The position numbers were made by a program, and so were the translations under genes. This document shows, one piece after another, positions 1-10,369 of a stretch of DNA of 64,000 nt. Source of the stretch: Candidatus Fermentibacterota bacterium (GTDB lineage Bacteria > JAFGKV01); contig JAFGKV010000238.1 in NCBI GenBank assembly GCA_016928395.1, positions 11,708-75,707 on the forward strand, written 5' to 3'. How positions within the stretch are numbered: position 1 is the stretch's first letter; each line of letters begins with the position of its first letter. The notes below the pieces were generated by a model. The model saw nothing but the letters and a program-made list of their open reading frames with translations. It did not search any database and had not been told where the DNA came from.

Positions 1-1
1 G

Positions 2-265
2 GGGGGAAGAGTCATGGCGGTTCTGAACGCGGAACTCAAGGTGCCGGTGGTGCCCGAGCAGGTCGCCATCATTGGCTTCTTTGACACGGGGAACGCATGG
101 CGCAGCTTTGATGAGGTCGACTTGGGCGATATGAAGCGCGGAATGGGTGTCGGCATTCGGATCAATACCGGGATCATGGGCATCATTGGGCTTGACTACG
201 GATATGGGTTTGATCGAGAGAGCCCCGGCTGGAAGCCTCATTTCCAGTTCGGCGCATTCATGTGA
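2..265 (+). CDS. bamA: Outer membrane protein assembly factor BamA, C-terminal fragment (5' truncated by window)
   Basis: Frame open from window start (GGRVMAVLNAEL); Omp85-type FFDTGNAW, GMGVGIR, LDYGYGFD and terminal FQFG; followed by skp and lpx genes. Confidence 0.9.
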   Translation, partial: GGRVMAVLNAELKVPVVPEQVAIIGFFDTGNAWRSFDEVDLGDMKRGMGVGIRINTGIMGIIGLDYGYGFDRESPGWKPHFQFGAFM

Positions 266-286
266 CCAGAAGATGGAGGTTGACGA

Positions 287-823
287 ATGAGAGGATTGGC
301 GATTGTCGTTGCTGCCATGGGCATCGTGACTGTGGTAGGTGCGGCTGAACTGAAGATCGGGTACATCAACTCCCAGGAGATCTTCCTAAAGTACCGTGGG
401 ACAGAAGACGCCCAGCAGAAGTTTGATCAGGAGAAGGTGAAGCTGGAACAGGAGTTGGAGCGGAAGAAGCAGGAACTTGACGAACTGGGAGCGACCCTGG
501 AGCGCCAGAGCCTGCTCATGAGCGAGGAGACAAAGAAAGAACGGATGGCTGAGCTGGAACAGAAAGAGAAGGAATTCCAGCAATACTACTTCGAATACTT
601 CGGGGAGAACGGGCGGATCGTGAAACTCAACGCGGAGCTGACGCGCCCGATCATCGAGAAGATGAATGCGATTCTCAATCGTATCGGCGCCGATGAGAAC
701 TTCACGGTCATCTTTGACGTGGCTGCCGGCGGCATTGTTTTCGCTGCAGAGAGCCTCGACCTTACCGACAGGATTCTAGACGAACTCAACGCCACAGTGA
801 AGGACTCATCTGGACCGAAGTGA
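287..823 (+). CDS. skp: OmpH/Skp periplasmic chaperone
   Basis: Signal peptide, KIGYINSQEI motif, coiled coil, C-terminal DLTDRIL; GGAGG RBS; downstream of bamA. Confidence 0.92.
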   Translation: MRGLAIVVAAMGIVTVVGAAELKIGYINSQEIFLKYRGTEDAQQKFDQEKVKLEQELERKKQELDELGATLERQSLLMSEETKKERMAELEQKEKEFQQYYFEYFGENGRIVKLNAELTRPIIEKMNAILNRIGADENFTVIFDVAAGGIVFAAESLDLTDRILDELNATVKDSSGPK

Positions 824-852
824 TCGTCCGGGGGCAATTGCAGGGGTACGGC

Positions 853-883
853 TTGACTGTCGAGCAGACGTCGAGTACATAAT
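853..883 (+). promoter_or_regulatory. Possible sigma70-type internal promoter upstream of lpxC
   Basis: TTGACT at 853-858; TACATA (17-nt spacer) or CATAAT (19-nt spacer) as -10. Confidence 0.35.
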
Positions 884-948
884 AGGGTTTCTTGATTGAC
901 CATTGTGTGGCATGTGCCGGGGAAACTCGCCCCGGAAGGAGCGCATCC

Positions 949-2265
949 ATGAAGCCCAACCAGCGGACCATCGGGGGAGTAGCCGCCGTGGAGGGAGTCG
1001 GCCTGCATACCGGCCTCAGGTCGACTCTGGTGTTCGAGCCGGCTCCGGAGGATTCCGGGGTCGTCTTCGTTCGCGATGATCTGCCCGGGTCTCCCATCAT
1101 ACCTGCCGATATCGCCCATGTCGTTGATACCGCCCGAGGCACCACACTGGGAGTCAACGGTGTGAGGGTGATGACGGTGGAACACGTACTGGCCGCAGTG
1201 GCAGGCTTGGGGATCGACAATCTCAGAGTCAAGGTGAATGAGGTGGAAGCCCCTGTGGGCGACGGCAGTGCGCTTCCCTTTGTCAAAGCACTCAGGGGTG
1301 CAGGCATCGTCGAACAATCGCGGGAGAAACGGCCTTTGGAGATCAAGGAGACCGTCTCCTACGATCGTGACGGAGTGAATATTGTCTTGCTCCCCTATGA
1401 TGGGTTCAAGATCAGCTTTCTCATCGAGTACAATCACAAGGTGCTGGGTACTCAGTATGCATCGTTTGAGATCAGCGATGTGGTGTTCGCGAAGGAGATC
1501 GCTCCGGCGCGCACTTTTACATTCGGATATGAAGTAGAAATGCTCCAGAAGGCAGGACTCATCAAGGGAGGAAGTTTAGAGAACGCGGTGGTCGTGGGGG
1601 ACGACGGCATTCTGAATGAAGGCAGTCTCCGATTTAGCAATGAGTTCGTGCGCCACAAGATCGTAGACCTGATTGGCGACTTCTTCCTCATCGGCGTGCC
1701 GCTCAATGCTCATGTGATCGCCGCCAAGTCGGGGCACGCAGCCAACGTAGAGGTTGTGCGCATTCTCCGAAAGAAGCTGGAAAGCAACGATGGTTCCATC
1801 GGGGCATTGAAGACCCGCACCATTCCCAAGGCGCCCGTCTATGCGGAGGACATCCTGAAGATTATGCCCCATCGCTATCCCTTCCTTCTTGTGGACCGCA
1901 TCCTCGAGATAGAAGGCCGAAAGCGCATCGTGGGTTTGAAGAACGTTACCATCAACGAGCCCTATTTCCAGGGTCATTTCCCCGGAGTTCCCGTGATGCC
2001 GGGCGTCTTGATCATCGAGGCCATGGCACAGGTAGGAGGGCTGCTTCTGCTCAGTTCCCTGGAGGACTACGAGAACAAGATGGTCTTCTTCACAGGCATC
2101 GATAGAGCGCGATTCCGAAAACCAGTGCGCCCTGGCGATCAGATCCGATTCGAAGTGGAAATGCTGCGTTTTGGCGGGAGCACCGCAAAAATGGCGGCGC
2201 GAGGCTTCGTCGAAGGTCGGCTTATTGCCGAGGCGGAGCTGATGTGTTCCGTGACTCCCCGATAA
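949..2265 (+). CDS. lpxC: Bifunctional LpxC (UDP-3-O-acyl-GlcNAc deacetylase) / FabZ (3-hydroxyacyl-ACP dehydratase)
   Basis: [29 protein letters not shown] (LpxC), then [28 protein letters not shown] (FabZ); AAGGAG RBS before ATG 949. Confidence 0.96.
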   Translation: MKPNQRTIGGVAAVEGVGLHTGLRSTLVFEPAPEDSGVVFVRDDLPGSPIIPADIAHVVDTARGTTLGVNGVRVMTVEHVLAAVAGLGIDNLRVKVNEVEAPVGDGSALPFVKALRGAGIVEQSREKRPLEIKETVSYDRDGVNIVLLPYDGFKISFLIEYNHKVLGTQYASFEISDVVFAKEIAPARTFTFGYEVEMLQKAGLIKGGSLENAVVVGDDGILNEGSLRFSNEFVRHKIVDLIGDFFLIGVPLNAHVIAAKSGHAANVEVVRILRKKLESNDGSIGALKTRTIPKAPVYAEDILKIMPHRYPFLLVDRILEIEGRKRIVGLKNVTINEPYFQGHFPGVPVMPGVLIIEAMAQVGGLLLLSSLEDYENKMVFFTGIDRARFRKPVRPGDQIRFEVEMLRFGGSTAKMAARGFVEGRLIAEAELMCSVTPR

Positions 2266-2269
2266 ATTC

Positions 2270-3049
2270 ATGCCACCGGCCTCCATCCATGCCACCGCCG
2301 TCGTGCACCCTGATGTGGTGCTGCACGACGGCGTCATCGTCGAACCCTATGCCGTCATCGGTCCTCGGGTCGTCCTCGGCCCAGGGGCATGGATCGGGCC
2401 TCACGTTGTCATTGATCGCGACGTGACTCTGGGCGCCGGGTGCCGGGTGTTCCACTCGGCATTTCTGGGTGCACCACCCCAGGATTTGAAGTATCGGGAT
2501 GAGGAGACACGTCTTGAAATTGGCGACCGGACCATCATCCGGGAATTTGCCTCCCTTCATCGCGGAACCGTGGCCTCGGGCGTCACTCGGATAGGATCAG
2601 ACGTGCTCCTTATGGCGTATACTCATGTGGCCCATGACTGCAGGATCGGTGACCGCGTCATCATGGCCAATGGTGTGCAGTTGGGTGGTCACGTCGAGAT
2701 CGGTGATTGGGCCATCATCGGCGGCGTCACACCGGTGCATCAGTTCGTCCGGATCGGTGCCCACGCCATGGTTGGCGGCGGGCTTCGCGCCAGCCAGGAT
2801 ATCGCCCCGTTCATGATGGCGGTCGATGAGCCGATGCGTCTGGTCGGCATCAACAGCGTGGGGCTGCGGCGCAGGGGTTTCGCGTCGGAGACCATCACCG
2901 CCCTCAAGCGCGCGCACCGGCTCCTGTGCCGTTCCCGCCTCAATACCGAGCAGGCCCTGGCGGCGATTCGTGAGCAGCTTCCGGCCCTGCCGGAGATTGA
3001 GCTTCTGCTCTCGTTCTTGGACTCGAGCCAGCGTGGATTCGTCAAGTAA
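2270..3049 (+). CDS. lpxA: Acyl-ACP--UDP-N-acetylglucosamine O-acyltransferase
   Basis: Hexapeptide repeats, PQDLKY, HRGT, HVAHDC, GINSVGLRRRGF. Confidence 0.96.
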   Translation: MPPASIHATAVVHPDVVLHDGVIVEPYAVIGPRVVLGPGAWIGPHVVIDRDVTLGAGCRVFHSAFLGAPPQDLKYRDEETRLEIGDRTIIREFASLHRGTVASGVTRIGSDVLLMAYTHVAHDCRIGDRVIMANGVQLGGHVEIGDWAIIGGVTPVHQFVRIGAHAMVGGGLRASQDIAPFMMAVDEPMRLVGINSVGLRRRGFASETITALKRAHRLLCRSRLNTEQALAAIREQLPALPEIELLLSFLDSSQRGFVK

Positions 3050-3992
3050 GGCCAGCCCGTACCCGCGGATAGGCATCGTAGGAGTCGGCCACCTAGGTCG
3101 GCACCATGCGCGCGTAGCGTCTCAATCATCGGCGTCTGTCGGAGGCATCTTCGACATCGACGAACCCAGAGCATACCAGGTTGCGTCGGAGCTGGGAATC
3201 CGGGTCTTTTCCACCCTCGACGAGCTGTTGGATCACAGTGATGCAGTGGTGGTTGCGACACCTGCGGCATCCCATTTCGCTACGGCCCGAATCGCCCTGG
3301 AGGAGCGAAAACACTGTCTCGTGGAGAAGCCCCTGGTGACCGATCCGGTCGCCGCGGATACTCTGGTGAGCCTGGCCCGCCGGCATGACCTGGTGCTTGC
3401 CGTGGGCCACTCTGAGCGATTCAACCCGGCTTTGGAGCATGCGGACCAGTTCATACGCAACCCGCTCTATGTCGAGGTGACGCGGGTGGCCCCGTTTCCA
3501 GGCAGGGGCGCCGATGTCGATGTGGTGAAAGACCTGATGGTCCACGATCTCGAGATCGTGCTCCACTGGATGGGGTCCGATCCTGTAGAGATGCGAGCCG
3601 TGGGTGTCGCGCTGGTGACGGACAAGGTGGACATGGCAAATGTGCGACTCGAGTTCGCACATGGCCAGGTTGCGACCCTCACCGCTTCACGGGCGTCACC
3701 GGCTCCCATGCGGGTCATACGGGTGTTCCAGCGGGGAGGCTATGCATCGGTGGACATGGGTACTCAAAAGATTCGTTTCGTGCGCCAGACCGCCGAGGGC
3801 TTGACCACGGAGGAGACCGTGGTGGAAGGGCCCGAACCGCTCAAGGCGGAGCTGGATGACTTTCTGGAGGCGGTGCGAACCGGCGCGAGGCCTCGGGTGT
3901 CGGGCGAAGATGGTGCTCGCGTGCTTCGCCTCGCCCACGACATTGTGGCCCACATCGACTCACGACTCAGTCGCCTCGGCGCGTCTCGGTGA
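3033..3992 (+). CDS. Gfo/Idh/MocA oxidoreductase, probable GnnA-like UDP-GlcNAc 3-dehydrogenase
   Basis: GVGHLG Rossmann motif, VEKP, VGHSERFNP, DLMVHD; lies between lpxA and lpxB; start estimated (GTG 3033). Confidence 0.85.
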   Translation: MDSSSKASPYPRIGIVGVGHLGRHHARVASQSSASVGGIFDIDEPRAYQVASELGIRVFSTLDELLDHSDAVVVATPAASHFATARIALEERKHCLVEKPLVTDPVAADTLVSLARRHDLVLAVGHSERFNPALEHADQFIRNPLYVEVTRVAPFPGRGADVDVVKDLMVHDLEIVLHWMGSDPVEMRAVGVALVTDKVDMANVRLEFAHGQVATLTASRASPAPMRVIRVFQRGGYASVDMGTQKIRFVRQTAEGLTTEETVVEGPEPLKAELDDFLEAVRTGARPRVSGEDGARVLRLAHDIVAHIDSRLSRLGASR

Positions 3993-4020
3993 CGCCGACA
4001 GGCGCTTCCCATTCGGTCGC

Positions 4021-5124
4021 GTGACCTCTCCCGTCCGTCTTTTCGTATCCGCCGGCGAACGATCCGGGGATTTGCGCGGTGGCGCCATGGTCTCGGCGCT
4101 TAAAGATCATGTCCCTAATCTCCACCTCCGGGGGCTCGGTGGTGAGCATCTGGCCGGGTGCGGACTGATCAGCGAGGTTGCTCTGGACAAGCTGGCCGTC
4201 ATGGGCTTCGCAGAAGTAATCAGGCTGATTCCGTTCTTTTTCCGCCTGCTGGGCCGGCTGACCAGGATCTTTCGCACATGGCAACCGGATCGTGTGCTTC
4301 TGGTCGATTATCCCGGCTTGAACCTTCGCTTGGCACGCAAGGCCAAGCGAATGGGGATCCCGGTTACCTACTATGTCAGCCCGCAAGTCTGGGCGTGGGG
4401 CAGTGGACGGATCCTGACCATCCGGGATACCGTCGATCAGATGCTCGTGCTCTTTGACTTCGAGAAGACCCTGTATGACGAGGCGGGCGTGGACGCAGTG
4501 CATGTGGGTCACCCTTTGGTGGATGAGGTTGCGCCAACCATGACCGCCCACTCCTTCCGCCGCGAGGTCCGTCTTGACGACAGGCCCTTGCTGGCATTGC
4601 TCCCGGGTTCTCGACCTCAGGAGGTGCGCAGACATCTTCCGGTGATGATCCGCGCCGCAGCCATGGTGGAGGGTGTTTCTCCGGTCGTGGGCCTGGCGCC
4701 CGGCATCGATCCGGCAGGCATCCCTGCGCCTGTGCCATGGACGCATCGAGTCTACGACCTGCTAGCGTGCGCTGACGCCGCGGTGGTGGCCTCGGGAACC
4801 GCAACCTTGGAGGCGGCTCTATTGGGAACTCCCTTGGTGGTCGTGTACCGAACCCACGCCCTGAATGCCCTGCTGGCCCGCAGAATACTCACAATTCCCT
4901 ATGTGGCCATGGCCAATGTCGTTGCAGGCAGGCAGATCGTTCCCGAGTGTCTCCAGGGGGAGTTCACCCCGCCTCGTGTTGCAGCGGAGGTCACCCGTAT
5001 TCTACGAAATGACGCCGTTCGGCAACAGATGCGGCGTGACCTCAAGGACGTGGCGCGGCGCCTGGGGCCGCCAGGCGCCAGCATGAGGGCGGCCCAGGTG
5101 CTGGCATCACGGCTTCGACCATGA
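4021..5124 (+). CDS. lpxB: Lipid-A-disaccharide synthase
   Basis: SAGERSGD, VDYPGLN, YYVSPQVWAW, VGHPL, LLPGSR, SGTATLE. Confidence 0.96.
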   Translation: MTSPVRLFVSAGERSGDLRGGAMVSALKDHVPNLHLRGLGGEHLAGCGLISEVALDKLAVMGFAEVIRLIPFFFRLLGRLTRIFRTWQPDRVLLVDYPGLNLRLARKAKRMGIPVTYYVSPQVWAWGSGRILTIRDTVDQMLVLFDFEKTLYDEAGVDAVHVGHPLVDEVAPTMTAHSFRREVRLDDRPLLALLPGSRPQEVRRHLPVMIRAAAMVEGVSPVVGLAPGIDPAGIPAPVPWTHRVYDLLACADAAVVASGTATLEAALLGTPLVVVYRTHALNALLARRILTIPYVAMANVVAGRQIVPECLQGEFTPPRVAAEVTRILRNDAVRQQMRRDLKDVARRLGPPGASMRAAQVLASRLRP

Positions 5125-5768
5125 GTTCATACGGGAGGTGGTTCGACCTTCAGGTCTGTCTTGGTGTGCTGGCTGTCCGAGCCCTAGGTGCGACGCTGCG
5201 CGTACGGTGGTACCATGGTGAGCGAGTCGTCGCCGCCCGGGGAAGTGCACGCGACGGTGTGCTCTATGCCTTCTGGCACCAGAGGCTTCTCCCGTTCTGT
5301 TACACCCATCGGTTTCAGGGGGTCCATGTCATGGTATCGACCCATCGGGACGGGGAGCTCATCACCAGGATCATAGGCCGCCTTGGGTTTGGCGCCGTTC
5401 GCGGTTCCAGCACCAGGCAGGGCATGAAGGCACTATTCGGCATGGCTGCGGAAGGGCGACGGGGCGTGGATCTGGCAGTGACGCCCGACGGTCCTCGCGG
5501 ACCCCGGGAGGTGCTCAAGCCTGGGATGGTCGTACTGGCCCGCCGACTGGGAAAGCCCATTGTTCCCATCGCCAATGCTGCGTGGCCCCGAATCGAGCTC
5601 CGCTCGTGGGATCGGTTCCACGTACCGCTGCCGGGGGCCCGCTGCGCCGTGGTGGTGGGTGAGCCATGGTTGCCGGTGGATACCGCCTCCGTGGAGGATT
5701 CGCGCCGAGACCTGGAGCACCGTCTCCAGATGACCACCGCCGAGGCGGATCGCCTCTGCCGGGCTTAG
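5121..5768 (+). CDS. DUF374 lysophospholipid acyltransferase family protein (LpxJ-like late acyltransferase)
   Basis: FWHQR, STHRDGE, RGSSTR, TPDGPRGP, SWDRF; within lipid A operon. Confidence 0.88.
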   Translation: MSSYGRWFDLQVCLGVLAVRALGATLRVRWYHGERVVAARGSARDGVLYAFWHQRLLPFCYTHRFQGVHVMVSTHRDGELITRIIGRLGFGAVRGSSTRQGMKALFGMAAEGRRGVDLAVTPDGPRGPREVLKPGMVVLARRLGKPIVPIANAAWPRIELRSWDRFHVPLPGARCAVVVGEPWLPVDTASVEDSRRDLEHRLQMTTAEADRLCRA

Positions 5769-5779
5769 GAGGTGCGGCG

Positions 5780-6838
5780 GTGCGTAGACGTGTGGGTACG
5801 TGGATACAAGAGGTCTGGTACGATCGCCGTCGGGCGCCGGCGCCGGTGGCGCTGATGCTTCGCGCGGGGGAACAGGTCTGGAAGGCCGGCCTATGGGTTC
5901 ACGGCCGCATGGGTACCTCAAGGGAGTCGTCGGATCTTCCCACCATTGGCATCACGAGCCCGACTGCCGGGGGTAGCGGCAAGACGCCGGTGGCCAGGTG
6001 GCTCGCAACGGAGATGACTGCTGCGGGATGGGACGCCGCGGTGATCACTCGCGGTCACGGAGGCAGGCTGCCCGGCCCCGTGCGGGTCGACACCGGGATG
6101 CACAGTGCTCGGGACGTCGGTGACGAACCTCTCTGGCTGGCATCCCATCTGGGTGACATCCCTGTGATTGTCAGCAGAGACCGGCAGGCGGGGATTGCCG
6201 CGGCGCAGGAGCAGGGAGCCGTTGTGGCGGTGCTCGATGATGTTACGATGAATCGATCCATCGTTCTGGACGCGGTGGTCATGGTTTTGGGTGCCTCGGG
6301 ATGGATTGGCAATGGGAAATGCCTGCCTGCGGGGCCCCTTCGCATGCCGCTACCCATGATCGCCACACCGGATATAGTCGTGGTGGTCCAAGAATCCTCC
6401 ACACCGCCCGATGGGCGCCACCGGGCTTCACTTCTGAGCCAGGGTGCGCCCGTGGTCTCCGCCACCGCATTCCCCGCGACAGTCGTAGCGCCGGACGGTA
6501 ACACGTCAACACCGGCCAAGATTCGGGGAATGCATGTACTATCATGGGCGGGTATCGCCCGGCCGTGGCGTTTCCGGGAGGTACTTCTCGACATGGGCGT
6601 TGACATCCGTGGTTTTGTATCGTTCCCTGATCACCATGTCTATTCGCGCCGTGACATCGACACCTTGGCGAAAGCGGCGGACAGGCTGGATGCCCTACCG
6701 CTCACAACCGCCAAGGACATGGCTCGGTGGCCGTTGGATGCCCGTTGGAGGCCCCACTTCCTTGAGATGGGATTGAGCATTGATGAACCCGATGCAGTCC
6801 TTCAGATCCTTATCAGGCGACTTGAGACGCGTGCCTGA
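5780..6838 (+). CDS. lpxK: Tetraacyldisaccharide 4'-kinase
   Basis: GGSGKTP, TRGHGG, GDEP, LPAGPLR, FPDHH, TTAKD; AGGAGG RBS before GTG 5780. Confidence 0.92.
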   Translation: MRRRVGTWIQEVWYDRRRAPAPVALMLRAGEQVWKAGLWVHGRMGTSRESSDLPTIGITSPTAGGSGKTPVARWLATEMTAAGWDAAVITRGHGGRLPGPVRVDTGMHSARDVGDEPLWLASHLGDIPVIVSRDRQAGIAAAQEQGAVVAVLDDVTMNRSIVLDAVVMVLGASGWIGNGKCLPAGPLRMPLPMIATPDIVVVVQESSTPPDGRHRASLLSQGAPVVSATAFPATVVAPDGNTSTPAKIRGMHVLSWAGIARPWRFREVLLDMGVDIRGFVSFPDHHVYSRRDIDTLAKAADRLDALPLTTAKDMARWPLDARWRPHFLEMGLSIDEPDAVLQILIRRLETRA

Positions 6839-8435
6839 GACCCCCGTCTCCTCTCCGGACGTGATCATCATCGGCTCCGGCATGGCAGGCCTCGTCAGTG
6901 CCCTGCTGATTGATGAAGCGTGGCGGGTGTTGATCGTCACCAAGAAGGGGAGGGCCGACTCCAATACCAACTTTGCTCAAGGCGGCCTTGCTGCGGCGGT
7001 GGGTGCCGAGGATTGCCCATCGGTCCATCTCGTGGACACGTTGCGCGTCGGTGCCGGCCTCTGTCACTCGGACGTGGTGCGGGGTGTCGTGGAAGATGGC
7101 CCCGCCATGGTCCGGCGGTTGCAAGAGTGGGGTGTGAGGTTCTCAGTGCAGCCTGATGGAGGCTTTGACCTCGGCAAGGAAGGTGGCCACACGCGGCGGC
7201 GCATCGTCCATGCACTGGATCGCACAGGAGAGGAGATCGAGCGGGCCCTGCTGGCCAAAGTGCGCGGCAAGCCAAATGTCCAGGTGATCGAGAACGCTTT
7301 GGCCCTGGACATACTGACCGAGCCATCCCCTGCGGGCTTTCCCAGAGTCTGCGGGATGGAGATTCTTATGGAAGAACCGGATCAGGACGTACGGACGCTG
7401 GTTCGCGCTCGTGCGGTGGTGCTCGCCACGGGTGGAGCGGGCCATGTCTACCAGTTTACCAGCAACCCTGCCATCGCTACGGGGGACGGTGTTGCTATGG
7501 GGTTTCGGTGCGGAGCATCGGTGAGTAATCTGGAATTCATCCAGTTTCATCCTACCACGTTCTACAGCCGGGGGGGGAACTCATTCCTGATTTCCGAGGC
7601 GGTGCGCGGTGAGGGAGGAAAGCTGGTTTTGCCCGACGGCAGCCCATTCATGCATCGCTACGATTCGCGGGCGGAGTTGGCGCCTCGCGACATTGTCGCC
7701 CGCGCCGTGGACCAGGAGATGAAGGCCGCCGGCCTCGAATGTGTCTACCTGGACGTGACCGGTATTGAGGCCGATTTTGCCCGAGGCCGGTTTCCCGCAA
7801 TCTGCCAGAAGTGTCTTGATGCCGGCATTGATTTCACCTCCACGCCCATTCCCGTGGTTCCTGCCGCCCACTACATCTGCGGCGGTGTGACCACCGACAT
7901 TCGGGGTGCCACAGATGTAGTGGGCCTGTTCGCGTGTGGAGAAGTTGCCTGCACCGGGCTTCACGGGGCAAACCGGCTGGCCAGCAACTCCTTGCTGGAG
8001 GCCGTCGTGTTTGCCACAAGGGTCGCGGAATCGGTCTCCGATCTCTGCGCAACGTCTCCCTCTCGTGCCTTGCCCCCGCCGGAGACGGTGGCGGCATATC
8101 GTCGAACCGATGAGGCGTGTGGGTCTGCAGCCACCTTGCGCACGCAGATTCAGGAATGCATGTGGCACGACGTGGGGATCGTCAGATCGGATCGCAGCAT
8201 CTCCCAGGCCACGGCAATGCTGGAGGCGCGGGTCGGTCAGATTCGGCAGTTGATCGATGAGGCGCCTGGCCGGGAAGTCATGGAGGTTCGGAACATAGTG
8301 GATACCGCCAGGCTGATTGCTGGTGCGGCGCAGTGGCGTAAGGAGTCGCGAGGGCTTCATTTCAACACTGATTACCCTCGCCGGGGAGGCGCACGGTGGA
8401 GAAGAGACAGCCGCATAGTTCCGCCCGGTTTATGA
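6831..8435 (+). CDS. nadB: L-aspartate oxidase
   Basis: GSGMAG, AQGG, EGGHTRRRIVH, QFHPT, ELAPRDIVAR, HGANRLASNSLLE, ESRGLH. Confidence 0.95.
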   Translation: MPETPVSSPDVIIIGSGMAGLVSALLIDEAWRVLIVTKKGRADSNTNFAQGGLAAAVGAEDCPSVHLVDTLRVGAGLCHSDVVRGVVEDGPAMVRRLQEWGVRFSVQPDGGFDLGKEGGHTRRRIVHALDRTGEEIERALLAKVRGKPNVQVIENALALDILTEPSPAGFPRVCGMEILMEEPDQDVRTLVRARAVVLATGGAGHVYQFTSNPAIATGDGVAMGFRCGASVSNLEFIQFHPTTFYSRGGNSFLISEAVRGEGGKLVLPDGSPFMHRYDSRAELAPRDIVARAVDQEMKAAGLECVYLDVTGIEADFARGRFPAICQKCLDAGIDFTSTPIPVVPAAHYICGGVTTDIRGATDVVGLFACGEVACTGLHGANRLASNSLLEAVVFATRVAESVSDLCATSPSRALPPPETVAAYRRTDEACGSAATLRTQIQECMWHDVGIVRSDRSISQATAMLEARVGQIRQLIDEAPGREVMEVRNIVDTARLIAGAAQWRKESRGLHFNTDYPRRGGARWRRDSRIVPPGL

Positions 8436-10369
8436 CGACAGCACGGATCGAGCTGGTTGCCGTAGCATCCGGTGCGGTTCTGGTGGCAGGCCTTGCCTCG
8501 CTCACGCCTCCCATGCGGCGGGTCGAACTGATGCTCATGGACATGGCGCAGCGGATGGCACCGCTCTCCGTGCCGGACTCCTCACGGGTCGTAATTGTTG
8601 CCATTGATGACATCTCCTATGGCGCCGATTCGTATCGCCTGGGCAAGTGGCCCTGGCCGAGAAGTGTCTTCCATCCCGTGGTCGACTATCTGGCCCGATC
8701 CGGCGCACAGGTGATTGGCTTCGACCTGTACTTCCCCGTAGAGAGTGCGACTCAGCCCGAGGAAGACCGACGCCTGGTGAACGCCGCGCTACGAGCAGGC
8801 AACACCTGTCACGCGGTCGCTGCCGCCGGTTCTAGGGGAGAGGTGACCCCTGATGATGTTCGGGCTCTCATCTCGGAACGATTCGGTGTGTCCTGCCGGG
8901 AGCGGCACGAAGAGTTCGAGCGACTTCTTACACCGTTTCCCGCTCTTCTGGATGCCTGTGATTGCTTGGGGCACGTTAATGTCCCCCGCGACGTAGACGG
9001 TGTGGCGCGGCGGGTGCCGATGGTGGTGTCAAGCCAGGGCATGACCGTGCCCGCCCTGAGCGCAGCCATGTGGTTGTGGGCCCATGATCTCGGCCCACGG
9101 GACCTCCTCTGTGGCACGAAGCACATTGTCCTGGGAGAGCCGGGCCCTCGAATACCTGTTGACCATCGGGGACGAGCCCTGTTGCGCTTCGGCAGGCACC
9201 CGCGTGTTCCAGTTCCCTTCTCGTCGGTGCTTCATGTGGCGTTGGCCGAGGCCGAGGGTAAAGAGCCCGATTGGCGGGGAGAAACACTGCCACCGGTCTC
9301 ATCTGAGATGTTCCGCGATCGCACGGTGATCATTGCCTTGACCGCCTCGGGGCTTTTCGATCTAGTGTCGACCCCGCTGGGAAGGAGTGTTCCGGGCGTT
9401 GAGATCCAGGCCACAGCACTGGAGAACATCCTTGTGGATGGGTTCGTTCGGGCGGCCTGGCCGGGCATAGCCGTGGCCGTGGCAGTCGTGTTGGCCGTTC
9501 TTCCCGGCGTGGCGCTTCGACGCTGGTCCACCACGGGCGGGCTGGCTCTATCGGGTGTTCTTGGCGGTGTCTATGTGGGCGCGGACGTGGTGATGCTCGG
9601 GCGCGGTACGTGGATGGCATTGTCCATGCCCCTGGCTGCCTTGGCGCTGGGAACGGCGGGTCACGTGGTGGCCCTGTACCTTTCGGAAGGTCGCGAGAAA
9701 CGGCGATACCGCCAGACATTCTCCCGCTATGTGAGCCGGCAGGTCGTGGAAGAGTTGCTGCGTGATCCAAATGAGGTGCGTCTGAAAGGCGAGCAGCGGG
9801 AGATCACCGTACTCTTCTGCGATATCCGCGGGTTCACTACCTTCTCGGAGACCAAGGCGCCCGAGGACGTCGTGGCCATCCTTGATGAGTTCCTTAGTGC
9901 CATGGTCGACGTGGTCTTCGCCCATGGCGGGACACTGGACAAGTTCCTGGGAGACGGCATGATGGTGTTCTACGGGGCGCCGGGGGCGCTGCCCGATCAT
10001 GCAGAGCGAGCGGTGTTGACGGGGCTAGCCATGTTGCACAAGCTTGAGGAGTTGAATGCGCGCTGGATCGTGAGAAATTGGCCCGCGCTACGCCTGGGTG
10101 TCGGTATCAATACGGGGCCTGCCATCGTGGGCAGTATAGGGAGCAAGGAGCGCATGGAGTACACGGCCATTGGGGATACGGTCAATACCGCCAGCAGGGT
10201 TCAGGCGCTGAACAAGGAACTTGAGACGTCAATCCTCGTTACCGGGGCCACGGTCGAGAGCGTTGGCGGGAACCTCTGCTTCACACCGCGCGGCTCATGG
10301 AAGGTCCGCGGGCGGCAGCAGGAGGTCAAGCTGTTCGAGCCGATCTGCACGGAGGATGTCGATGCCTGA
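8432..10369 (+). CDS. CHASE2-domain class III adenylate cyclase (membrane)
   Basis: VIVAIDD..WPWPR..DVDGVARR..PGVEIQA (CHASE2), three TM helices, FCDIRGFT, DKFLGDG, EYTAIGDTVNTASR. Confidence 0.93.
   Translation: MTTARIELVAVASGAVLVAGLASLTPPMRRVELMLMDMAQRMAPLSVPDSSRVVIVAIDDISYGADSYRLGKWPWPRSVFHPVVDYLARSGAQVIGFDLYFPVESATQPEEDRRLVNAALRAGNTCHAVAAAGSRGEVTPDDVRALISERFGVSCRERHEEFERLLTPFPALLDACDCLGHVNVPRDVDGVARRVPMVVSSQGMTVPALSAAMWLWAHDLGPRDLLCGTKHIVLGEPGPRIPVDHRGRALLRFGRHPRVPVPFSSVLHVALAEAEGKEPDWRGETLPPVSSEMFRDRTVIIALTASGLFDLVSTPLGRSVPGVEIQATALENILVDGFVRAAWPGIAVAVAVVLAVLPGVALRRWSTTGGLALSGVLGGVYVGADVVMLGRGTWMALSMPLAALALGTAGHVVALYLSEGREKRRYRQTFSRYVSRQVVEELLRDPNEVRLKGEQREITVLFCDIRGFTTFSETKAPEDVVAILDEFLSAMVDVVFAHGGTLDKFLGDGMMVFYGAPGALPDHAERAVLTGLAMLHKLEELNARWIVRNWPALRLGVGINTGPAIVGSIGSKERMEYTAIGDTVNTASRVQALNKELETSILVTGATVESVGGNLCFTPRGSWKVRGRQQEVKLFEPICTEDVDA

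Noticed and set aside
949-2265. LpxC-FabZ fusion as a novelty
   Set aside because: Well-known fusion in Bacteroidota and related FCB lineages; useful only as a taxonomic hint
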